From positions 4,608,001-4,672,000 of the forward strand of contig OZ244048.1 of assembly GCA_965215265.1 (NCBI GenBank): a DNA stretch of 64,000 bases, written 5' to 3'. The position numbers and the translations under genes are program-made. Below the pieces are notes generated by a model. The model saw only the letters and a program-made list of their open reading frames with translations, did no database searches and was not told where the DNA came from. The stretch comes from Candidatus Poribacteria bacterium (GTDB lineage Bacteria > Poribacteria > WGA-4E > WGA-3G). Of the stretch, positions 19,994 to 28,832 are shown piece by piece. Each line of letters starts with the position of its first letter. The stretch's first letter is position 1.

Positions 19994-20941
19994 TTATTGG
20001 TTATCCTCTCTTTTTAGCGGCACAAAACCGAGTTTCTCAACAATCTTTTGTCCTGCTGGTGACAAAATCCAATCTAGATAGGTTTTAACCTCGCCCGTGG
20101 GTGTACCGAGAGAGTACATATACAGCGGACGGGCGATCGGGTACGTTTTAGCAAGCACGTTTTTGAGATTGGGCGCATAATACGGGGCATTAGGTTCAAC
20201 TGCTACTTTTAACATCTTAACATGAGTTGTCGCATAGCCCATGCCACTATAGCCGATAGCACACGGCGTTCGTTCTACAACCTCTACGACATCTTTAGAG
20301 CCGTGTAAATCGAGAGAACCGAGGGCGAAGTCTCGTGCTTTTCCCAAGAGTGCTTCACGAAAATAGAAATAGGTGCCTGAGTTCGACTGTCTACTGATAC
20401 GGATAATTTTATCACTTGGGCAGCTTGCGTGTGCTATGCCCAGCTGGCTCCACTTCGCTATAGTTCTGTTCTCACCATAAATTGCAGCAAGTTCGGAAAT
20501 CGTAATCTGTTCCAACGGGTTATGCTGATTCACGTACACTGCCAAAGCATCATACCCAACGATAAATTCTTGGGGGACTTTGCCTGTATTTTTTTCTGCT
20601 TGATCCAATTCCTTAGGTTTTATTTGACGGCTACAATTCGCAATATCCACAGTACCGTTAATTAACGCCGCTACCCCAGTTCCAGAGCCACCGCCCGATA
20701 CCTCCACAGCAGCCGTTGTACTCACACCTATGTAGGCTTCTGCCCATGCTTGTGCCAGATTGACCATCGTATCAGAGCCTTTATTTTTGATAATGAACTG
20801 CTTCTCTTTTTTTACTGCGTTTCCAATTCCTCCACTCGGAGAACAGCCGGTGAAAACAGTGCAACCAGCAAAAAATAGAATAACAGTACTTAGGAGGCGT
20901 AAGTCTACCCGTGGCGCTGCTAACAAACCATTTTCTTCCAT
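19994..20941 (-). CDS. pstS: Phosphate-binding lipoprotein PstS
   Basis: Lipobox-like FTGC; GSDTM, GGGSGTG, RQSNSGT, YPIARPLY. Confidence 0.95.
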   Translation of the reverse strand: MEENGLLAAPRVDLRLLSTVILFFAGCTVFTGCSPSGGIGNAVKKEKQFIIKNKGSDTMVNLAQAWAEAYIGVSTTAAVEVSGGGSGTGVAALINGTVDIANCSRQIKPKELDQAEKNTGKVPQEFIVGYDALAVYVNQHNPLEQITISELAAIYGENRTIAKWSQLGIAHASCPSDKIIRISRQSNSGTYFYFREALLGKARDFALGSLDLHGSKDVVEVVERTPCAIGYSGMGYATTHVKMLKVAVEPNAPYYAPNLKNVLAKTYPIARPLYMYSLGTPTGEVKTYLDWILSPAGQKIVEKLGFVPLKREDNQ

Positions 20942-20979
20942 CTGTTTACCTTTCTTCACAATATCTGAAATTTAATCTA

Positions 20980-21013
20980 ATTATAGCATGGAATTGTTAC
21001 GAAAATAAGACAA
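20980..21013 (-). promoter_or_regulatory. Pho box plus extended -10 promoter of pstS
   Basis: Minus strand reads TTGTCTT-ATTT-TCGTAAC, 10 nt, then TATAAT preceded by TGn; this is canonical PhoB geometry with 5/7 matches per half-site. Confidence 0.7.
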
Positions 21014-21457
21014 AATTAAAAATTTTTGGGCAACCGGGTTATCGTGGCGGACATCTACGTGCGAATTGGCGAATGTTCTCGGCATCTTGCATCGTTATGT
21101 CCGTGACACGCTTAACCGCACGGTGAAGTGGGTCTATCGGCAGACGGCACCGAAAGGGAATATCGCGGGGACGTGGAAGGGCACGCACCACAACTGCAGC
21201 GATGACGAAGTGCCAACAGATCTTGCCGGACAGCCGAAGATGTTTGCGGTGCCGCTTTTTTGGATTAAAAGGATTTTGGGAAAAACTTTGCATTTTACGG
21301 TATTTTGTGATATGATTTGTATTATCAGCTTCAGTGACGCTGAAATTCCAACGGCAGACTGGAATTCAGAGCGATGCAGGTGGAAAAACTGATAGAGAAC
21401 TATGGAATCCATGTCGTGCTTGCAGCAACATTTGTCCAGGGGTTCAGAAAACAAAAT

Positions 21458-22141
21458 ATGAAAACATGTGTCATTATCTTCGCGAAGTATCCGATTCCGA
21501 ATCATGTTAAAACCCGACTAATTCCGTATCTATCGCCGGAACAAGCGGCAGAATTATACGGAGTGTTTCTTGCCGATTGGTGCCAGGCAATTGCTGAACT
21601 CAGCGGCGTGGCTCGTATTATCGCGTATACACCTCCGGAGAAGCAAGCAGCTTTACAAGCATTAATCGCGGGGGATGCTACCTATATTCCGCAAGTAGGA
21701 ACCGGGCTCGGGAGTCGTCTGATCTCAGCAACACAATGGGCATCCGGAGAAGGGTACGAAAGGATTATAATCGTTGGTTCAGACAGCCCTACGTTACCGC
21801 TTTCGTACGTCTCTGAAGCGATTGTCATCCTTGCAACGCGGGATATCGTCATCGGGCCGAGCATAGATGGCGGGTATTATCTCATCGGATTTTCCTCACC
21901 CAATATTTCGTTGACGGTTCCGTTTGTGTTTCAGGAGATTCCGTGGAGCACCAGCTCTGTTTTTGAACAAACAGTGGCGCGAGCATGTTTAGTCGATGCC
22001 ACGTTAGGACTACTGCCACCATGGTACGATGTGGATACGCCTGCAGATGTAGCGTTTTTGAAAGCGCATTTAGCGGCTATGAGAGTTGCAGGTGATAAGC
22101 TACAAGCAGTTAGCACAGAACGTTTATTATCAGAATTGTAG
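21458..22141 (+). CDS. DUF2064/TIGR04282-type glycosyltransferase-like protein
   Basis: IFAKYP...VKTRL, GSDSP, GPSIDGGYYLIG, YDVDTPAD. Confidence 0.85.
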   Translation: MKTCVIIFAKYPIPNHVKTRLIPYLSPEQAAELYGVFLADWCQAIAELSGVARIIAYTPPEKQAALQALIAGDATYIPQVGTGLGSRLISATQWASGEGYERIIIVGSDSPTLPLSYVSEAIVILATRDIVIGPSIDGGYYLIGFSSPNISLTVPFVFQEIPWSTSSVFEQTVARACLVDATLGLLPPWYDVDTPADVAFLKAHLAAMRVAGDKLQAVSTERLLSEL

Positions 22142-22259
22142 TCGCCTCAGCAACTTTCGCTGCGCAGAATATTTGCAGAGGCAAGTTTTAGCTCTGATAG
22201 CAAAAATTTTCATATTAAGCTAGACAACGTTTTTCAGATAGAGAAAAGGAGTATTGAGA

Positions 22260-22991
22260 ATGGGACAATTAGACGGAAAATTTGCAATTGTGACAGGCGG
22301 CAATCGCGGGATTGGGAAAGGAATTGCGAAAGGCTTGGCCGCTGAGGGCGCAAGCCTCACTATCGCCGCGAGAAACGCCGAACTCTTAGAGCAAACCGCC
22401 AGCGAAATCCAAGCCACCGGTGCTTCGGTGCTGACGGTTCCAACCGATGTAACGGATGAACAACAGATTAAAGCACTCTTCGAAAAGGCGATGGCGGAAT
22501 ACGGCCAACTGGACATCCTGGTAAACAACGCAGGCGCTTTTGATGGAGGACCGATCGACGAACTCTCAACCGAGGCGTGGGACCGGGTGATTGGCGTAAA
22601 CCTGCGTGCACCGTTCCTCTGTACACGCGAAGCTGTGCGAATTATGAAAGCACAAGGCCAAGGCGGACGTATCATCAACGTTGGAAGTATTTCCGCACAT
22701 CGCGTCCGGCCCCGGACCGCACCTTACAGTGCCAGTAAATTCGGCATTTGGGGATTAACCCAAGTAACTGCATTGGAAGGAAGGCCGCACGGCATCACCG
22801 CTAGCTGCTTACAGCCTGGGAATACATATGTAGAACGGATTCAGAAGCGCCCGCAGGCCCCCGTCGAAGCGATGATGGATGTAGACGAACTGGCAAAAGC
22901 CGCTGTTCTCATGGCAACATTGCCCCCTAATATTAATATGTTGGAAGCGACAGTCCTTCCGGTAGGACAGCTCTATGTCGGGCGTGGCTAA
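22260..22991 (+). CDS. SDR family oxidoreductase
   Basis: TGGNRGIG, NNAG, YSASK. Confidence 0.95.
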   Translation: MGQLDGKFAIVTGGNRGIGKGIAKGLAAEGASLTIAARNAELLEQTASEIQATGASVLTVPTDVTDEQQIKALFEKAMAEYGQLDILVNNAGAFDGGPIDELSTEAWDRVIGVNLRAPFLCTREAVRIMKAQGQGGRIINVGSISAHRVRPRTAPYSASKFGIWGLTQVTALEGRPHGITASCLQPGNTYVERIQKRPQAPVEAMMDVDELAKAAVLMATLPPNINMLEATVLPVGQLYVGRG

Positions 22992-23246
22992 GGCTGCAGT
23001 CTAAAAAAAACAGTGGGTTTTGTAGATTCATGGCCACTTAGATTCGTCTATTTCGGAGAACAATAGCCTGGAACCTTTGGCATCACTTGTAGATGAAAAA
23101 GCAGCTTTCTTCAGGCCTCCAATTAGGTCCGATGCCTTACTATTTCAATAAAATGATGCCCAATTTCGGCATTCATGATTTCATTGAGAATTGGAATCAG
23201 TAGGACGTTACAAAAACGACAAGGTATATTGAAATCTTTGTCCGCT

Positions 23247-24041
23247 TTACAGAGGCAAACCTAACATACCGCTGAGATAGAAATAAGCCTCCTCAGTATA
23301 CCGGGGGAGGTTCTCGGGGTCCGCCACTTCTAATTCAACTGTCAGGTCGCCTTGGTAATTTACTTCTTGCAGCGTGGCGATAATTTCCTGTAACGCAAGG
23401 TCGCCGCGTCCAATCCCGACTGAGACAGCACCGAGGTGATCTTTGAGATGGACAGCATAGATGCGTGAAGCAAATTGGCGAATCGCAGCAAATATGTCTA
23501 CACCCGATGTATGGAAATGGCCGGTATCAATACATATCCCGACCCGCTCATCAGGAACAGCATCCAATATGCGTTGGAAATCCTCAGGTTGTTGCAGAAC
23601 ATTGCCGTGGTGTGGCTCAAGTGTCAGTTTAATAGTGCTTTCTGACGGTATGCGTGCTAATACCTGTTTTAGACAGTCTAGGACCCTGTCTAACGCACCC
23701 GGTTCCGTCCTGCGTTGTGCGCCGCTTGTTGTGAGGTGCGTCGCGTTCAACGCCTCAGCGATATCCACACATTTTGCTATCGCTTCTGCACGTGCTTGTA
23801 CATCGGCAGCATTGTGTCCACCCCAGCCCGGCGGATAGAGTCCGGCACATTTCATGCCCGATTCATCAATTTTTGACTTCATGCTGGCCGGCTCAAATTC
23901 GTGCACAGCGTCAACGCTCCATATTAAGGGACCGTGGATTTCCATGAACCGGTAACCGGTTGTAGGGGCGTATTCCAAAGTTGCAGCGACTTCATCTTCA
24001 GCATAGCCTCGGTAGCAGATAGAGGCACAGATAATGTCCAT
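23247..24041 (-). CDS. Sugar phosphate isomerase/epimerase (xylose isomerase-like TIM barrel)
   Basis: LEPH, DTGH, HLKD, G.GD, VELE; probable start MDIICAS. Confidence 0.88.
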   Translation of the reverse strand: MDIICASICYRGYAEDEVAATLEYAPTTGYRFMEIHGPLIWSVDAVHEFEPASMKSKIDESGMKCAGLYPPGWGGHNAADVQARAEAIAKCVDIAEALNATHLTTSGAQRRTEPGALDRVLDCLKQVLARIPSESTIKLTLEPHHGNVLQQPEDFQRILDAVPDERVGICIDTGHFHTSGVDIFAAIRQFASRIYAVHLKDHLGAVSVGIGRGDLALQEIIATLQEVNYQGDLTVELEVADPENLPRYTEEAYFYLSGMLGLPL

Positions 24042-24278
24042 AAAAAAATGTTCCTTTTGACCGAACTTGTAGCAGAAATCTACGAAGCCCGACATGAATA
24101 GGAATTTACTTACCCTTTTTGAAGGTGAGCAATAGTTTATTCTTAACACGACTCTAGGTGGGAATATTGTAAACTTCCCGCAATTAGATGGTAGCATATT
24201 CTTCAAAATTTATCCATTGAAATCAGCACATCAACAAGCATCACCATTGAGAAAAATAACGCTTGGAGCAAAATAGCG

Positions 24279-24689
24279 ATGATTCAGCACATTGAGATAA
24301 CTTTACCTGAGTACCCGCGTGGTTTTCATCTCATCACAGACGACATTCTAAAATCCATAGATGAGATACCAGAGTCCGGCATCCTACATCTGTTTATTAA
24401 GCATACCTCAGCAGGATTGACTATCAATGAAAACGCAGATCCGACTGTCCGAACGGATTTTGCACGCAGCTTCGATCAGCTCGTTAGAGAGCACGAACCT
24501 TTCTATCAGCACACATTAGAGGGCGCTGACGATATGCCTGCACATATCAAAGCGGCGCTCGTTGGCTTTTCCGTATCCATTCCAATTGTGAACCATCAGC
24601 TAAATTTAGGGGTGTGGCAGGGCATTTATCTGTGCGAATTCCGGAATCGAGGGGGAAAGCGAAATTTAACGGCGACGCTCTATGCCTAG
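24279..24689 (+). CDS. yjbQ: YjbQ family protein
   Basis: HTSAGLTINENADP, DDMPAHIK, LG.WQGIYLCE. Confidence 0.93.
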   Translation: MIQHIEITLPEYPRGFHLITDDILKSIDEIPESGILHLFIKHTSAGLTINENADPTVRTDFARSFDQLVREHEPFYQHTLEGADDMPAHIKAALVGFSVSIPIVNHQLNLGVWQGIYLCEFRNRGGKRNLTATLYA

Positions 24690-24762
24690 CCAAAATGATA
24701 GCCAGCTCCTAATCTAGACTGTCTTTTAGGTTAGGTTACTCGCATCCGTTTGTGCTACGCAT

Positions 24763-25331
24763 TCAATTGGCTCCGTCACTTTCCCAATCCATCTGATACT
24801 TGATGTCGTAGTTGATGATGAAATCTAATTCCTCATCCGTGAAGCCTTAGTGCCGCGCAAGGACGCGGCAGATCTTGTCGATGATGGATTTGGACACCCG
24901 GTGGTTTTGTAGGTTGTCTCCTTGCGTTGTGCGTGGTGCTTTAAATCCTGTATCAAATCAGCGGAGAGTGCAGAGAGATTCTGATTTATGGATTTTTCCA
25001 TTTGCGCAACGCCGATACGGAAATTTCGAATTTCATGTAAGTTTAAAGCACGGCAATCGGAGAGAATAACATACCACTAGTAAGATAATGAACTGTTCAT
25101 TGTCGCTACAACAACAACTGCATCTAGGGCTGTTGTTAAATATAGGGGTTTGAGATCTGTTGAGATCTTCTCTCCGTCTCGTTGGTTCCAAAAGTAAAGA
25201 ATAAAGTCCATTGCCCGAATCCAATAGCAAGGTGAGTTCTGGAAATAGATTGTGTAGGGGGCCCGTCTCGTGGTGAGAGGCCCCTCTAAGCCTGAGAATT
25301 GAGTCAGCTTTTTCCATATCCTATATTCCAC
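24763..25331 (-). pseudogene. Degraded 3' remnant of an Eco57I-like/type IIG restriction-modification gene
   Basis: Fragments YWIRAMDF..YFWNQRDGEKIST...NSSL, ILSDCRALNLHEIRNFP and SKSIIDKI.RVLARH*GFTDEELDFIINYDIKY.M, with stops, frameshifts and a gap. Confidence 0.75.
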
Positions 25332-25342
25332 ATCTTTTTAAT

Positions 25343-25371
25343 TTGACAAACACTTCTTCTTGAGGTATAAT
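25343..25371 (+). promoter_or_regulatory. Consensus sigma70 promoter upstream of the LRR gene
   Basis: TTGACA-N17-TATAAT exact match. Confidence 0.85.
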
Positions 25372-25643
25372 TAAAATCAAATAACCCTTTGCAGGGTTAG
25401 AAGAGAGCAAAAGTGTTCTTTAAAAGTGAAAGAATGAGTTGACGTGTCCGTTGGCAGTTTGTGAATGCACTGCATTTTTTGGAAAGGGATTCACAAACAC
25501 GATTTCATTTTTTGAACACCTGTGTGCCCGTCTTACGAATTGGCAAAAAAGGTTGAAAACGTAGTCTGTTAGGAAACTTAGTCCGAACTATAAAATCAAG
25601 TTTATTCCGTCACGGGATAAAGAATAACAAGGAGTTAGATAAG

Positions 25644-26956
25644 ATGAAGAGAAGAATGTATCCCCCCCTCTATATGTTAAGTGTTTTAGTTCTATTATTA
25701 ATCGCTGGGCTTGTTATGCCGTTTACAAACACCCCTTAACCTGTTCCATTCTATTTTGCATCACGCTTTCGTTACTCATTGCCCCCCTGGCAGTGAGCCA
25801 AAGTCCAGTAGTGAACATTCCGGATGCGACGCTCCGTGCGGAAATCCAGAAGAGCCTCAAACCCGCGGGGGGGGCTATCACCCAGGCAGATATGCTCCGC
25901 TTGACACGCCTCGATTTGAGAAACCTCAATTCAGATGAACGATCAAACGTTAGCAATCTGACAGGACTTGAATTCGCAACCAACTTGGAAGAGCTGGCTC
26001 TCAATGATACGCAAGTGTCGGATATCTCGCCGCTGGCAAACCTCACCAACTTGAGATGGCTGCATCTCAAGCGTACGCAAGTGTCGGATATCTCGCCGCT
26101 GGCAAACCTCACCAACTTGAGATGGCTGCATCTCGAGGATGCGCAAGTGTCGGATATCTCGCCGCTGGCAAACCTCACCAACTTGGAAACGCTGTATCTC
26201 TCGGGAACGCTGTCGGATATCTCGCTGCTGTCAACCTTCACCAACTTGGAACATCTGTCTCTCGGGGATACGCAAGTGTCGGATATCTCGCCGCTGTCAA
26301 GCCTCACCAACTTGGATTGGCTGGATCTCGGTGGTACGCAAGTGTCGGATATCTCACCGCTGTCAAACCTCACCAATTTGGAAACGCTGTATCTCAGGGG
26401 TACGCAAGTGTCGGATATCTCGCCTCTGGCAGGCCTCACCAACTTGAGAAGGCTGGATATCACTAATACGCCAGTGTCGGATATCTCGGCACTGTCAAGC
26501 CTCACCAACTTGACAGTGATAGGTTTTGCGGGTTCGGTGGTGAACATTGCGGATGAGACGGTCCGTGCGAAAATAGAGGAGACACTCAACATCTCCGCGG
26601 GGACGGCTGTGACCTCGGCAGATATGCTCCGCTTGACAAGCCTCGATTTAGGTGGCTCAGACGTTAGCGATCTGACTTTCCTTCAATCTGCAACCAACTT
26701 GGAAACGCTGAATCTTGCGGGTGCGGTGGTAGAAAATATCTCGCCTCTGTCAGAGCTCACTCGTTTGGAAACGCTAGATCTCTCGGGTACGCAAGTGTCG
26801 GATATCTCGCCGCTGTCAAGCCTCACCAACTTGGAAGAGCTGGATCTCGGTGGTACGCAAGTGTCGGATATCTCTCCACTGTCAGAACTCACCAACTTGA
26901 AAAAGTTGGATCTCAGTGATACGGAAGTGTCGGATATCTCAGCCCTGTCAAAGTAA
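25644..26956 (+). CDS. Internalin-like leucine-rich repeat protein; the ATG with RBS (25644) is out of frame at a C7 tract
   Basis: 22-aa LRRs (LTNLE.L.L.GTQVSDISPL) and two N-cap modules; the LRR frame is open from 25643 and includes a hydrophobic signal-like stretch. Confidence 0.85.
25960..26953 (+). repeat. Coding 66-bp tandem repeats (LRR units)
   Basis: Recurrent ACGCAAGTGTCGGATATCTCGCCGCTG...CCTCACCAACTTG. Confidence 0.95.
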
Positions 26957-27152
26957 CATGGAGGTAAAGTCGTGTTGGAATCAGGCGTTTCGGACACCGG
27001 TCGCACCTCTGGCCACTTCACTTCCCTGATGCACGCGTCATCAACCTGCGGCGCGAGAGTGCTTATCGCGATAAACTGGATCTGGAACGGCGTTCGCCAG
27101 TGCAAGCCATCACCGCAGTGAGCTCTAAGTTAAACTAAACTAAACTAAACTA

Positions 27153-27200
27153 ACCAGGGGCAGCCACCCTCACATGGCTGCCCCCGGTTTTTTTTGTTTT
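27153..27200 (+). terminator. Intrinsic terminator, copy 1, preceded by TAAAC repeats
   Basis: CCAGGGGCAGCCA-loop-TGGCTGCCCCCGG followed by a T run. Confidence 0.9.
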
Positions 27201-27252
27201 GGATAGAGAGAAGCGTCGAGGCCGCCTTGAGAAGCGACATCTGGAGACTGCC

Positions 27253-27282
27253 TTGACAAAAAAGGAGAAAGGCTGCTATACT
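27253..27282 (+). promoter_or_regulatory. sigma70 promoter of the nuclease-like gene
   Basis: TTGACA-N18-TATACT with TGn extension. Confidence 0.75.
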
Positions 27283-27315
27283 TTATTATGAGAAGTGGAG
27301 CGTCTAAGCAGATAG

Positions 27316-28416
27316 ATGAGGCAAACTACCGCACCAGAGACATCTAAAGAAACACAAAGCAAACGTAAACTCTGGGACCCTTTCTTCAAAGAGTTCCTCG
27401 CCCGGCTGTTCTCTGGGCTGGGTGCCTCTATCCAGACAGAGATAGAAGTCAACCGGTTGCCGCAGCGTATAGATGCACTCGCTCTCCTCGAAAGTGCCGC
27501 AGCCCGGGCGAGAGTGCGTGCGAATCCGCTGCTCTCTTACTTACGCACGTATAATCTGTTCGAGTTCAAAGGGCAGAACGATCCGTTGAATGAATCGGCG
27601 TATCACCGGATTTGTATGCGTGCGCGTGGTTATCTCGCAGATAAGCAGGTGCCTGCAACCGAGTTAACCCTCACAATAGTGTCGTCTCGGAAGCCGCGGG
27701 CGCTGCTGACACATCCGCCTTTCGGGTTGCCGTGGCAGCAGCTCGCCCCGGGACATTATACCCAGGCAGGTCTGCCGGTGCATCTGTTGGTTTGCAATGA
27801 AGTGGCACTGGTTGAGCCGAATTATTGGTTGCTGCTGTTTGCGTCGTCGCAGAAACAGTTTCGTGCGTTCCTGCGGCGGGTGATAACAGAAGAGAATACG
27901 TTATATTTTGACTCCGCGTTGTATTTGCAGCCGGAAGTCACGGAGGAGGTTTGTGAAATGGAAGGACATCAAGATTTCTTTCAGAGTCGTCTTCGCGAAG
28001 TTGCGACGACTTTAGGTCCGAAGCTGCTGTCGGCGCTGACTACGTCGGATAGATTGGCTCTGTTGAATGCGATGCCCGCGGCAGAACGGGCCGATATATT
28101 GGCGAGTTTACCCGCCGCAGAACGGGCTGATATGTTGGCGAGTTTACCCGCCGCAGAACGGGCTGATATGTTGGCGAGTTTACCCGCCGCAGAACGGGCC
28201 GATATGTTGGCGAGTTTACCCGCCGCAGAACGGGCGGATATGTTGGCGAGTCTACCCGCCGCAGAACGGGCGGATATGTTAGCACGCCTGAGTCCCGATG
28301 AGCGCGTCAAAGGACTCACTCCCGATGAGCGGTTAGCCGGACTTCATTTATCTCCGGCGGTGCGTGCAGAACTCGTGCGGCAGCTGGAGACAGCTGACAA
28401 TGACACCGACATGTAG
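27316..28416 (+). CDS. PD-(D/E)XK nuclease-like protein (Rpn-like) with C-terminal helical repeats
   Basis: D..FK, TEIEV..LPQRID and NLFEFKG (D...ExK); repeats LASLPAAERADM and L.PDERL.GL. Confidence 0.75.
   Translation: MRQTTAPETSKETQSKRKLWDPFFKEFLARLFSGLGASIQTEIEVNRLPQRIDALALLESAAARARVRANPLLSYLRTYNLFEFKGQNDPLNESAYHRICMRARGYLADKQVPATELTLTIVSSRKPRALLTHPPFGLPWQQLAPGHYTQAGLPVHLLVCNEVALVEPNYWLLLFASSQKQFRAFLRRVITEENTLYFDSALYLQPEVTEEVCEMEGHQDFFQSRLREVATTLGPKLLSALTTSDRLALLNAMPAAERADILASLPAAERADMLASLPAAERADMLASLPAAERADMLASLPAAERADMLASLPAAERADMLARLSPDERVKGLTPDERLAGLHLSPAVRAELVRQLETADNDTDM
27958..28416 (+). CDS. Putative internally initiated small protein (RpnS-like)
   Basis: GGAGGAGGT lies 7 nt before an in-frame ATG at the nuclease/C-terminal domain boundary. 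Confidence 0.6.
   Translation: MEGHQDFFQSRLREVATTLGPKLLSALTTSDRLALLNAMPAAERADILASLPAAERADMLASLPAAERADMLASLPAAERADMLASLPAAERADMLASLPAAERADMLARLSPDERVKGLTPDERLAGLHLSPAVRAELVRQLETADNDTDM
28075..28290 (+). repeat. Six 36-bp coding tandem repeats
   Basis: CCCGCCGCAGAACGGGCNGATATGTTGGCGAGTTTA units. Confidence 0.95.
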
Positions 28417-28531
28417 CAGACAACCCGCTTGAAAGGGCATCTGAGTGCAGACGGTAAACTCACAGAACGCTGGGCAACGCTCAAATCGGAAGAATAAACT
28501 CAGTGAGATTTAAACTAAATTAAACTAACCT

Positions 28532-28580
28532 AACCAGGGGCAGCCACGCTCACATGGCTGCCCCTGGTTTTTTTGCTTTG
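28532..28580 (+). terminator. Intrinsic terminator, copy 2
   Basis: ACCAGGGGCAGCCA-loop-TGGCTGCCCCTGGT plus T run; near-identical to the copy at 27153. Confidence 0.9.
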
Positions 28581-28672
28581 GATAGATGGTTCTGCTTTTG
28601 TGCCGGAAAATCCGATGCCCTGGTGCGAGTCAAAACACGCTCCGTTTTCGCACCGGGGCTCCAAAAAAAGGG

Positions 28673-28702
28673 TTGACAACATAAAAGCGAGGCTGCTATA
28701 CT
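28673..28702 (+). promoter_or_regulatory. sigma70 promoter, paralogous to the one at 27253
   Basis: TTGACA-N18-TATACT sharing AGGCTGCTATACT. Confidence 0.75.
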
Positions 28703-28718
28703 AGAAATAAAGAGAGTG

Positions 28719-28832
28719 CTGGTGGCAGCTGACAACCACACCGACATGTAGCAGACGACGCGGTTGAGAGGACATCTGAGTGCGGATGGAAAACTCACCG
28801 AACGGTGGACAACACTCAAGGCGCAAGAGTAA
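28719..28832 (+). repeat. Diverged copy of 28384-28497 (gene end, TAG and 26-codon tail)
   Basis: Ungapped alignment; both copies read ...TDM*QTTRL[KR]GHLSADGKLTERW[AT]TLK[SA][EQ]E*. Confidence 0.92.

Noticed and set aside
21039-21260. GC-rich segment with overlapping short ORFs between pstS and the DUF2064 gene
   Set aside because: No recognisable motif, RBS or convincing structure; probably a gene relic, but it cannot be assigned.
25723-27105. Long antisense and alternate-frame ORFs over the LRR gene (also 27981-28319 over the 36-bp repeats)
   Set aside because: These are shadows of stop-free tandem repeats.
25960-28832. Diversity-generating retroelement or CRISPR explanation for the repeats
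   Set aside because: There is no reverse transcriptase or cas gene. Differences between copies are mostly synonymous rather than adenine-specific, and the repeats are coding with no unique spacers.
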